Assembly (NCBI GenBank): GCA_045128275.1
Contig: JBGVRH010000102.1
Coordinates: 360-64,359, forward strand
Source of the DNA: Eubacteriales bacterium
Lineage (GTDB): Bacteria > Bacillota > Clostridia > Oscillospirales > CAG-272
Direction of reading: 5' to 3'
DNA: 64,000 nt
The notes under the pieces are model-generated. The model was not told where the DNA came from, made no database searches, and saw nothing but the letters and a program-made list of their open reading frames with translations. The first letter of the stretch is position 1. The number at the start of each line of letters is the position of its first letter. Below are positions 26,458 to 33,342 of this stretch, in pieces. The position numbers and the translations under genes were made by a program.

Positions 26458-26736
26458 ATGGGTACTGCCGTCATTTGCCTCGCAATTCTCATCCCCTCCC
26501 TTGTGATCGTGTTTCTCGTCAATATCCCCCGCATAGAACGGATCCGGGAGCTGGCCTCCCACCGCTATATCTGCCCCTCCTGCGGCAGTCGGTTCCGCCC
26601 GAAAGGGTCCCGTTTGTTTTTCGTGCGGTGGCAGGTAGAAACCACCGACAAAGCCACCCTGCCCTGTCCCGTATGCAAGACCCGCGACGTTTGTCGGCGG
26701 GAGAATTCTGTTTACAAGGAGGGGGAGCGGGTATGA
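26458..26736 (+). CDS. Small membrane-anchored zinc-ribbon protein (92 aa)
   Basis: N-terminal TM followed by CPSCG...CPVC. RBS aaaggaga before the ATG. Confidence 0.65.
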   Translation: MGTAVICLAILIPSLVIVFLVNIPRIERIRELASHRYICPSCGSRFRPKGSRLFFVRWQVETTDKATLPCPVCKTRDVCRRENSVYKEGERV

Positions 26737-27110
26737 AACAGTCAACCGCCGTTTCGGTCATCAAGATCAGCAGTATCGTAAGCATCGCCGCCGTGGCCAT
26801 CACAGTTCTTGCCGCCATACTCGGCAAGAACGTGACGTGGTGGATCACCGTCACCCCGCCCCTGTACCAAGTCGCCCTGCTGATCGCCGCCTTCTGGGGG
26901 TGGTCCCCCGAGGACCGCGACCGCCTCGCCCTTTTGATCGTGGGGATCATCCGTCTCGTGGCAACGGCGGGCATGGGCTTCTCCGCCCTGCTGGCCATGT
27001 TCCGTGAGGCGTCCCTGATCCAGGTCGGGTCCCTCTTGCAGCCGGCCGCCGCCGCGCTGTTCGTGGTCGGGGTCATCCTGTATGGGAAGGAAAAGCGGGA
27101 GAGAGAGTAG
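26733..27110 (+). CDS. Hypothetical integral membrane protein (125 aa)
   Basis: Four predicted hydrophobic helices. Its ATGA overlaps the upstream stop, which suggests translational coupling. Confidence 0.65.
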   Translation: MKQSTAVSVIKISSIVSIAAVAITVLAAILGKNVTWWITVTPPLYQVALLIAAFWGWSPEDRDRLALLIVGIIRLVATAGMGFSALLAMFREASLIQVGSLLQPAAAALFVVGVILYGKEKRERE

Positions 27111-27120
27111 ACCGATACCG

Positions 27121-27158
27121 AAAAAAACAGGTGTTTCCCTGACGGAAGCACCTGTTTT
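27121..27158. terminator. Bidirectional terminator
   Basis: A-run, stem acaggtg / cacctgt, then a T-run. A near-identical copy lies at 28920-28957. Confidence 0.7.
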
Positions 27159-27172
27159 CGTATGTATGGGGG

Positions 27173-28810
27173 TCACAGTACCTTTTGCATGATGAAATAC
27201 CGCCCGTCCTGCTCACTGGACAGGTCGCGGATCACGGTAAATCCCGCCTTCTCGTAGAGGGACAGGAGGGAGTTGAACCGTTCCTTGTCCAGCTCCATCC
27301 GCTCCAAGGGGTAGACCTCGGCGTGGGTGAAGCCCTGCTTTTTGGCGAATGCCAGCGCATAATCCAACAGCATCTCCTCGATCCCGCAGTTTTGGAAGAA
27401 GCGGGAGACCAGAATTTCCACGATGGCAAGGATCTTTGCGCCCTCGGGGGCGGTGGGGATGGCGCGTTCCTCCTCGGGAAGGGGGAGAACCTTGTACTTT
27501 TCCTTGACCCCGCAGTTGCAGTAGGCCAAAATGTCATTTCCGACATAAGCGGCGTAGCCCCTCATGACACCGCTGCCCACCAGCTCCTCCACCGCGGCCT
27601 TGTAGAAGCCCAGCATGGCTTCTCCGGCATAGCCGGGATAGCGTTTCATCCATTCCATGAGGTCTTTCTCATGGTAGGGCAGATCAAAAGCGATACTGAA
27701 ATTGTAATAGTTCGATTCGCATATATGCCGCTGACAGAAATGAAAGTAGGCGATCCACTCGTGCCGAAACAGGCGATGGCAGTTGACCTGCTCACTTACA
27801 ATGCGCCGCCGCAAGCCCTCGGCCGCAGGATCGGCCAGCAAGGGTGCCCTGGTATCGTCCAGCAGGGTATCCATCAAACCGTAAAGGGCTCCGTGGGCAT
27901 TCACTTCGTAAGACAGAAGATCAAACAGGGGCGCGCGGGAGGGATAGGTGCCGAAGGGGATCTTGTCATACGTTTTGGCTACCTCGTAGGCTTGGGTCAA
28001 GGCGGCGACGAAGCCCTCCGTGTCCCCCTCCTCGCGGCACAGCTCGGCTTCCCGGGTATACAGGCTCCAACGGGTGTTGCCCCAATAGACGATATCCTCT
28101 CCCAGGATGGTGTCCAGAATGGTGTGAGCCGCCGTCAAGGCTTCACGGCTACGGTCGGCCATCAGCCTGTCGCAGAAGGACATCATGTCCTGACGGAGTT
28201 TCTCCTGTTGGTAGCGGCGTTTTTCATCCCCTTCCAAAAGCATGGCCAGCTCCTTTTGAGGATCCTTACAGGTAGCCGCCAGCTTCATGGCCTCCTCGCG
28301 GTTCCCCAGAGCAAAGAGGGTCTCCGCCAGCATGGAGGCGTAGATCTCATCTTCGGGGTGTTCGTTGTGTAGCTCGCCAAACCGAATGGCGGCGCGGTTG
28401 AGATAGCGATCTCGGTCTATCTTAGATGTGGAACGCTCGCCGAGGATCTTCTCATCACAGGCGAGACGGTAACGGAAGGTCTCGTCGTCAGGGAACTCCT
28501 TCAGGGCATCCAAGGAGACCAGCAAGGTAAGCTCCTCGCCAAACGGGATCGCCTTTTGAAATCTTTCCTCCAGCTCTTTGCGGCGGTCGCCCCCCAACAG
28601 CTCGTTGACCCCTATCCCCAGCACCTTGGAAATGGGCAACAGCAGGGTAATATCCGGCATGGTCTGCCCCGTCTCCCACTTGGAGATGGCTTGGGGAGAC
28701 ACGCCGACGGCTTGGGCCAGAGCCTCCTGGGTCAGTCCCCGTTCACGGCGGAGGCGGCGGATGGTAGCGGAGACGGCGGCGGGATTGGTCGCGGGGGTGG
28801 GGGTTGGCAT
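27173..28810 (-). CDS. HTH(XRE) - helical/TPR-like - GNAT acetyltransferase fusion protein, paralog 1
   Basis: N-terminal HTH_3 (LTQEALAQAVGVSPQAISKWETGQTMP), about 300 aa of helical repeats, and a C-terminal GNAT fold (...FFQNCGIEEMLLDYALAFAKKQGFTHAEVYP...YEKAGF). Confidence 0.85.
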   Translation of the reverse strand: MPTPTPATNPAAVSATIRRLRRERGLTQEALAQAVGVSPQAISKWETGQTMPDITLLLPISKVLGIGVNELLGGDRRKELEERFQKAIPFGEELTLLVSLDALKEFPDDETFRYRLACDEKILGERSTSKIDRDRYLNRAAIRFGELHNEHPEDEIYASMLAETLFALGNREEAMKLAATCKDPQKELAMLLEGDEKRRYQQEKLRQDMMSFCDRLMADRSREALTAAHTILDTILGEDIVYWGNTRWSLYTREAELCREEGDTEGFVAALTQAYEVAKTYDKIPFGTYPSRAPLFDLLSYEVNAHGALYGLMDTLLDDTRAPLLADPAAEGLRRRIVSEQVNCHRLFRHEWIAYFHFCQRHICESNYYNFSIAFDLPYHEKDLMEWMKRYPGYAGEAMLGFYKAAVEELVGSGVMRGYAAYVGNDILAYCNCGVKEKYKVLPLPEEERAIPTAPEGAKILAIVEILVSRFFQNCGIEEMLLDYALAFAKKQGFTHAEVYPLERMELDKERFNSLLSLYEKAGFTVIRDLSSEQDGRYFIMQKVL

Positions 28811-28845
28811 GGCGGCTCCTCCTTCGATGGTGTGGGGTTGGGTCT

Positions 28846-28874
28846 ATTATAGCACAGAACGAGGGAAATGGCAA
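28846..28874 (-). promoter_or_regulatory. Promoter of paralog 1
   Basis: Minus strand reads TTGCCA, a 17-nt spacer and TATAAT. Confidence 0.5.
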
Positions 28875-28919
28875 GTGAGAAAATAGATATGGGAGGACAA
28901 CCGGTGGTTGAAACCGATG

Positions 28920-28957
28920 AAAAAAACAGGTGATTCCGTAAGGAGAACACCTGTTTT
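28920..28957. terminator. Bidirectional terminator after paralog 2 (duplicate of 27121-27158)
   Basis: A-run, stem acaggtg / cacctgt, then a T-run. Confidence 0.7.
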
Positions 28958-28968
28958 CATATGCAGAT

Positions 28969-30642
28969 TTACAATTCCTTTTGCAAAATATGAAGCCGCC
29001 GATAGGGCTTCTCACCGTCTCTATCCCACTCATTGTGGAGAAAATGACCGCCCGACAGGTCACGGATGACCCGAAAGCCCATCTTCTCGTAGATAGCCAG
29101 GCGTGCGTCGTACATTTCGGGCAAGCAATCCTCTATGGGATAAGCCTCTACGTGGGTGTAGCCCTGTTTTTTGGCACCGGTCAGCACAAAATCCAAAAGC
29201 TTTTCCTCCAGCCCGCAATTCCGGAAATTATGGGAGACCAGCAGCTCGGCGATGGCAAGGATCTTTGCGCCCTCGGGGGCGGTGGGAATGGCGCGTTCCT
29301 CCTCGGGGATGGGGAGACGCTTGTACGCGCTCTTCTCTTTGCAGTTGCAGAAGGCCAGTATGATGTCGCCGTAGCCAGCAAAGACGCCCGTCAGAGTCCC
29401 CTCATTCACCAGCCGCTCGGCCAATTCACCGTTGCGTACCCGCCACTCAATGGATCTGTACAGGGAGGCGTGGGTGTAACGCAGAGAGGCCTCCATGGCG
29501 GCGGTCTCCTCCCGCGTCGTGTCCCACGCGGTACTGAAATTGAAATGGTAGGGGCTGCCTATCTGTGTCTCACAGAATTTCAAATAGCTTCGGGCGTCGT
29601 AATGCAGGGCGCGGCAACGGATCAGCTCACCCACCATACGCCGCTTCAGCCCCTCGGCGGCGGGGTGGGCAAGCAAGCTGTCGTGAAACATCAGAAATTG
29701 ATAGGTTTCATTCCAACCTCCCGGCTTCAGAATATGATCGTATTGCAGACGGTCAAAGAGTGGGTTCCGGTAAGGAATTCGCTCATGGGGCAAAGTGTCT
29801 ACGGCGCGCGCCTCCTCGTAGGCTTTGGTGAGGTAGCGGGCATACCCCTCGTCGTCCCTCGCGTCGCGGCACAGGAGGGCTTCTTTGACCGACAGCTCAC
29901 GCAACCCGAGATCGTGAAGGTTCTGTTCGTCTCCCAAGAGGGAATCCAGCATGGTATGAGCCGCCTTGATGGCTTCGGGGGTACCGTAGGAAAACAGCGC
30001 GTTATACAAAATGCAAACGGCATCCTTGACAGCTTGCTGCTTTTGGGCGATTTGGGTCTCCTCGTCCAGAAAGCGTCTCATTACCCTCTCCTTCTCGGGA
30101 CCATTGTAGGCCAGTGCCTCGGTGTAGGCCTGATCCCTGTTCCCTTGGGCAAGATAGGCCTCCGCCAGCACGGAGCGGTAGGTGGCCCAGTCGGGATCCT
30201 TACGACACAGGAAGTGAAGTCCCAGAATCGCCCGTTCAATGAAACGTTCTGCCCCGATGGGCTTGGTCTTGCCGATGGACAGCTCGTCGCAGGCGCGGCG
30301 GTACAGAAAGTCCTCGTCGTCGGGGAACTCCTCCAGAGCCTCCAACGTGACCATCAGGGAGTATTCGGGGCCAATGGCGCAAGCCTTTTGAAACCGGTTC
30401 TCCAGCTCCTGCCGTCTGTTGCCCCCCAACAGCTCATTGACCCCGATTCCCAGCTCCTTGGAAAGCGGCAACAGCAGGGTAATATCCGGCATGGTCTGCC
30501 CCGTCTCCCACTTGGAGATGGCTTGGGGGGACACGCCCACGGCTTGGGCAAGTGCCTCCTGTGTCAACCCCTTCTCGCGGCGGAGGCGGCGGATGGTGGC
30601 GGAGACGGCGGCGGGATTAGTCGCGGGGGTGGGGGTTGGCAT
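28969..30642 (-). CDS. HTH(XRE) - helical/TPR-like - GNAT acetyltransferase fusion protein, paralog 2
   Basis: Same architecture as paralog 1. The first ~100 aa are nearly identical to paralog 1. Start set at MPTPTPATNP (cat at 30640-30642) with RBS gaaggagg. Confidence 0.85.
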   Translation of the reverse strand: MPTPTPATNPAAVSATIRRLRREKGLTQEALAQAVGVSPQAISKWETGQTMPDITLLLPLSKELGIGVNELLGGNRRQELENRFQKACAIGPEYSLMVTLEALEEFPDDEDFLYRRACDELSIGKTKPIGAERFIERAILGLHFLCRKDPDWATYRSVLAEAYLAQGNRDQAYTEALAYNGPEKERVMRRFLDEETQIAQKQQAVKDAVCILYNALFSYGTPEAIKAAHTMLDSLLGDEQNLHDLGLRELSVKEALLCRDARDDEGYARYLTKAYEEARAVDTLPHERIPYRNPLFDRLQYDHILKPGGWNETYQFLMFHDSLLAHPAAEGLKRRMVGELIRCRALHYDARSYLKFCETQIGSPYHFNFSTAWDTTREETAAMEASLRYTHASLYRSIEWRVRNGELAERLVNEGTLTGVFAGYGDIILAFCNCKEKSAYKRLPIPEEERAIPTAPEGAKILAIAELLVSHNFRNCGLEEKLLDFVLTGAKKQGYTHVEAYPIEDCLPEMYDARLAIYEKMGFRVIRDLSGGHFLHNEWDRDGEKPYRRLHILQKEL

Positions 30643-30678
30643 GGCGGCTCCTCCTTCGGGTGGTGTCATTCTTGTCTC

Positions 30679-30707
30679 ATTATACCACAAGGCGGAGGAT
30701 TTTGCAA
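30679..30707 (-). promoter_or_regulatory. Promoter of paralog 2
   Basis: Minus strand reads TTGCAA, a 17-nt spacer and TATAAT. Confidence 0.5.
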
Positions 30708-30755
30708 GTGAGGAAACAGGGAGGAGGGGACAACCGGTGGTTGAGGCGTTTAAAT

Positions 30756-30980
30756 TGCGGTTTATCGGTCTGTGCCCGATAAACCGCTAATGAATAATGA
30801 AGTCGCCGCAAGCGGCTGATGAATAATGAATAATGAATAATTGTGGATGGAAACCTTCGGTTTCCCGCATTTTTTCAAATAATGGAGAAATCCGAAGGAT
30901 TTCAACCAAAATTATTCATTATTCATTATTCATTATTCATCATTCATTATTGGGTTTATCGGAACGATAAACCCAAATTT
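30756..30980. repeat. Nested palindromic repeat, family 1, copy D (largest AT-rich heptad arms)
   Basis: Order of parts: hairpin tgcggtttatcgg..ccgataaaccgc; arms (aatgaat)n; core ggaaaccttcggtttcc...aaatccgaaggatttcaacc; arms (attcatt)n; hairpin gggtttatcgg..cgataaaccc-aaattt. Confidence 0.9.
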
Positions 30981-31000
30981 GAAAATCTTCTCCCACCCCC

Positions 31001-31029
31001 TTGCAAAATCTCCCCGAATCTGCTACAAT
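31001..31029 (+). promoter_or_regulatory. Promoter of the endonuclease IV-like gene
   Basis: TTGCAA, a 17-nt spacer and TACAAT. Confidence 0.5.
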
Positions 31030-31098
31030 AATAGATGAAACCAAACCAACGCTATGCCGTTTGACGGGTGCAGCTTACCCCGTCAGAAAGGAACACAT

Positions 31099-31971
31099 AT
31101 GATCGACTTCAAGACCGTCACCACCCCCACCTTCGGCCCCGGCGGCAACGGGGAGTGGTTCAAAAACGAGGGCGGTAAGGCCACCGTCCAAGCCCCCGGC
31201 TGGCTGAAAAGTAAAGGCCTCGATGCCTACGAGTACGAGGCGGGCAAGGGCATCATGGCCGGTGAGGGCGCGCTCCTCGCCATCGGGCAGAAGGCCCTGG
31301 AGCACGGCATCCTCATGTCCCTCCATGCCCCCTACTTCATCTCCCTGTCCTCGGTGGAGGAGGAGAAGCGTAACAACAGCATCGGCTACATCCAGAAGTC
31401 CCTCTGGGCCGCCGAGCTGCTGGGAGCGGATACCATCGTCATCCACAGCGGCAGTGCGGGCAAGATCTCCCGTGAGGAGGCCATGCGGCTGTCCTGCGAT
31501 ACCCTTTCCCGTCTCATGGAGACGGTCGGAGATACCCACATCCGCTTGGGCATCGAGACTATGGGCAAGCGCAACCAGCTGGGCACCCTGGATGAGGTCA
31601 TCGAGCAGTGCATGGTGGATCCCCACTTCTATCCCGTGGTGGATTTCGGCCACCTCAACGCAAGAGGTGTGGGCGGTCAGTTCCCCGACCGCGACAGCTA
31701 CCGTCGGGTCTTCCACACCATCGCGGACAAGCTGGGCGCAGAGTACGCCACTCATCTCCACTGCCACTTCTCCAAGATCGAGTTCACCGACGCGGGAGAG
31801 AAGCGGCACGTCACCTTCGAGGACACCGTCTACGGCCCCGCATTCGAGCCCCTCATGGAGGCCATCATCGTAGACAACCTCTGCCCCCGCATCATCTGCG
31901 AGTCGGACGGCACCATGGCGGAGGACGCGCTGGCCATGAAGCAGTATTGGCTGGAGCGCAGGGGCGAGTAA
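31099..31971 (+). CDS. Endonuclease IV (AP endonuclease family 2)-like TIM-barrel protein
   Basis: Motifs HAPYFISL, IHSG, GIETMGK, DFGH and HCHFS...GEKRH sit at the positions of the Nfo metal ligands. Start set at the ATG at 31099. Confidence 0.75.
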   Translation: MIDFKTVTTPTFGPGGNGEWFKNEGGKATVQAPGWLKSKGLDAYEYEAGKGIMAGEGALLAIGQKALEHGILMSLHAPYFISLSSVEEEKRNNSIGYIQKSLWAAELLGADTIVIHSGSAGKISREEAMRLSCDTLSRLMETVGDTHIRLGIETMGKRNQLGTLDEVIEQCMVDPHFYPVVDFGHLNARGVGGQFPDRDSYRRVFHTIADKLGAEYATHLHCHFSKIEFTDAGEKRHVTFEDTVYGPAFEPLMEAIIVDNLCPRIICESDGTMAEDALAMKQYWLERRGE

Positions 31972-32022
31972 GCCAAACAAAAAAGCGGCCTTCCCGCCGC
32001 TGTGAAAAATTCCGAAAAAGTA

Positions 32023-32051
32023 TTGACAAACCAAGCAAAGTGTGGTATCAT
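32023..32051 (+). promoter_or_regulatory. Strong promoter driving a non-coding transcript (candidate antitoxin sRNA)
   Basis: TTGACA (32023-32028), a 17-nt spacer and TATCAT (32046-32051), with TGG just upstream of the -10. No RBS or ORF follows. Confidence 0.6.
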
Positions 32052-32057
32052 AGAAGC

Positions 32058-32142
32058 GTAGGAGCTACCGGCAACGGTCACTTCCTCGTGTAAGTTAAAA
32101 AGATAACCGCACTTGTGGAAGAGGGGCGGTTATCTTTTTTTA
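32058..32142 (+). ncRNA. Candidate ~85-nt small RNA, 3'-overlapping the toxin mRNA (type I antitoxin-like)
   Basis: Bounded by the promoter above and by hairpin agataaccgc/gcggttatct plus a T-run at 32101-32141. No start codon with an SD. The 5' end is estimated only. Confidence 0.4.
32096..32142. terminator. Bidirectional rho-independent terminator shared by the convergent sRNA and toxin transcripts
   Basis: 10-bp stem 32101-32110 / 32127-32136, flanked by AAAAA (32096-32100) and TTTTTT (32136-32141). Confidence 0.7.
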
Positions 32143-32228
32143 CTGTTTAAGTAAGACAGAATAACAAATGCTAACGTTACGAGTTCGATCAAAAGATAGA
32201 TGAGCTCGCTCCATGTAACAAAGTCCAT
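32130..32228 (-). CDS. 32-aa hydrophobic peptide, type I toxin-like (holin-like toxin pattern)
   Basis: MDFVTWSELIYLLIELVTLAFVILSYLNSKKR. SD GGAGGGAGGTG lies 5-6 nt before the ATG (cat at 32226-32228). The stop is embedded in the terminator stem. The peptide has a single TM helix and a basic C-terminus. Absent from the ORF track because it is under 60 aa. Confidence 0.55.
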   Translation of the reverse strand: MDFVTWSELIYLLIELVTLAFVILSYLNSKKR

Positions 32229-32350
32229 TCGATCACCTCCCTCCATGCAAGCATTGAGGAAGGAAAAAGATTTCGACTTCCTCTGAAGGGAGGAAGCGAC
32301 CGCCGCCGTTCAGGCAACTCCTACGGGAAGCCTTTCGGTTTCCAACTCAT

Positions 32351-32379
32351 ATTATAGCACAAGATCTCACTATTGTCAA
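32351..32379 (-). promoter_or_regulatory. Consensus sigma-A promoter of the toxin-like peptide gene
   Basis: Minus strand reads TTGACA (32379-32374), a 17-nt spacer and TATAAT (32356-32351). Implies a 5' leader of about 115 nt. Confidence 0.65.
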
Positions 32380-32412
32380 CGGCTATCGCCGCAGTACACC
32401 CTTAAAAAAGCT

Positions 32413-33324
32413 ATGAATATCACCGACTTCCAATCCCTCACCCCCATCGATTACGGTTGGTCTGGGGACAAGAAATACTATGCCGTCACCCCCGACGGCA
32501 TCCCCTACTTCCTCCGCGTCACCTCCCGCCAGCGGGGCGATCGCTTCGCAAAGCTCTTTGACCTGCAAAAGGCCGTAGCCGCCACGGGGATCCCCATGTG
32601 CCTGCCCGTGGCCATCGGAGAGTGCGAGGAAGGGGTCTACGCCATCCATTCCTGGATCGACGGGGTGGATGCCGAGGCCGCCGTCCCCATCCTCCCCGCC
32701 GAGGTGCAGTACAAATTGGGCCGCGACGCAGGACAGTACCTCACCCGCATCCATTCCATCCCCGCCCCCGAGGATCAGCCCGATTGGGAGGCGCGGTTCA
32801 ACGCCAAGATCGACCGCAAGATCCAAATGTACGCCGATTGCCCCATCCATTTTGACGGGGATCACCACCTCCTCCGCTTCATTGAGGAGAACCGCCATCT
32901 GCTCAAAAACCGTCCCCAGACCTTCCAGCACGGGGACTACCACATCGGCAACATGATGCTCACCGATGCCGAGACCGATCCCAAGATCGTCATCATCGAC
33001 TTCGACCGCTACGACTTCGGAGACCCCTGGGAGGAGTTCAACCGCATCGTGTGGTGCGCGGGAGTCTCGCCCGTATTCGCTACGGGATTGGTGGACGGCT
33101 ACTTCGGCGTGGATGCCAACACCGCCGTTCCCATGGAATTCTGGCGGCTTCTGGCGCTCTACATCAGCAGTAATATGCTCTCCTCCATCCCCTGGGCGAT
33201 CCCCTTCGGGGAGGGCGAGATCCAAACCATGCTGAGGCAGGCAAGCGATGTCCTGTCCTGGTACGATAACATGAAAAACCCCGTACCCACGTGGTACGAT
33301 GCCGCTCTATCCCACAAAAAATGA
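32413..33324 (+). CDS. Aminoglycoside phosphotransferase (APH) / choline-kinase-fold family protein
   Basis: Catalytic loop HGDYHIGNMM and the metal-binding IIDFD motif. 303 aa. Confidence 0.85.
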   Translation: MNITDFQSLTPIDYGWSGDKKYYAVTPDGIPYFLRVTSRQRGDRFAKLFDLQKAVAATGIPMCLPVAIGECEEGVYAIHSWIDGVDAEAAVPILPAEVQYKLGRDAGQYLTRIHSIPAPEDQPDWEARFNAKIDRKIQMYADCPIHFDGDHHLLRFIEENRHLLKNRPQTFQHGDYHIGNMMLTDAETDPKIVIIDFDRYDFGDPWEEFNRIVWCAGVSPVFATGLVDGYFGVDANTAVPMEFWRLLALYISSNMLSSIPWAIPFGEGEIQTMLRQASDVLSWYDNMKNPVPTWYDAALSHKK

Positions 33325-33342
33325 TGTAAAGGAGATACGATC

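Noticed and set aside
30790-30950. Short periodic repeats (aatgaat/attcatt heptads) that at first glance could suggest a CRISPR-like or satellite array
   Set aside because: The period is 7 nt with no spacers. The two blocks are inverted complements of each other around a hairpin core, so this is a palindromic repeat element, not a CRISPR array. No cas genes are present.
32383-33225. 280-aa minus-strand ORF overlapping the APH gene, next to the toxin locus
   Set aside because: It is antisense to a gene with clear APH catalytic motifs. It would have to start inside the toxin promoter region and has no RBS.
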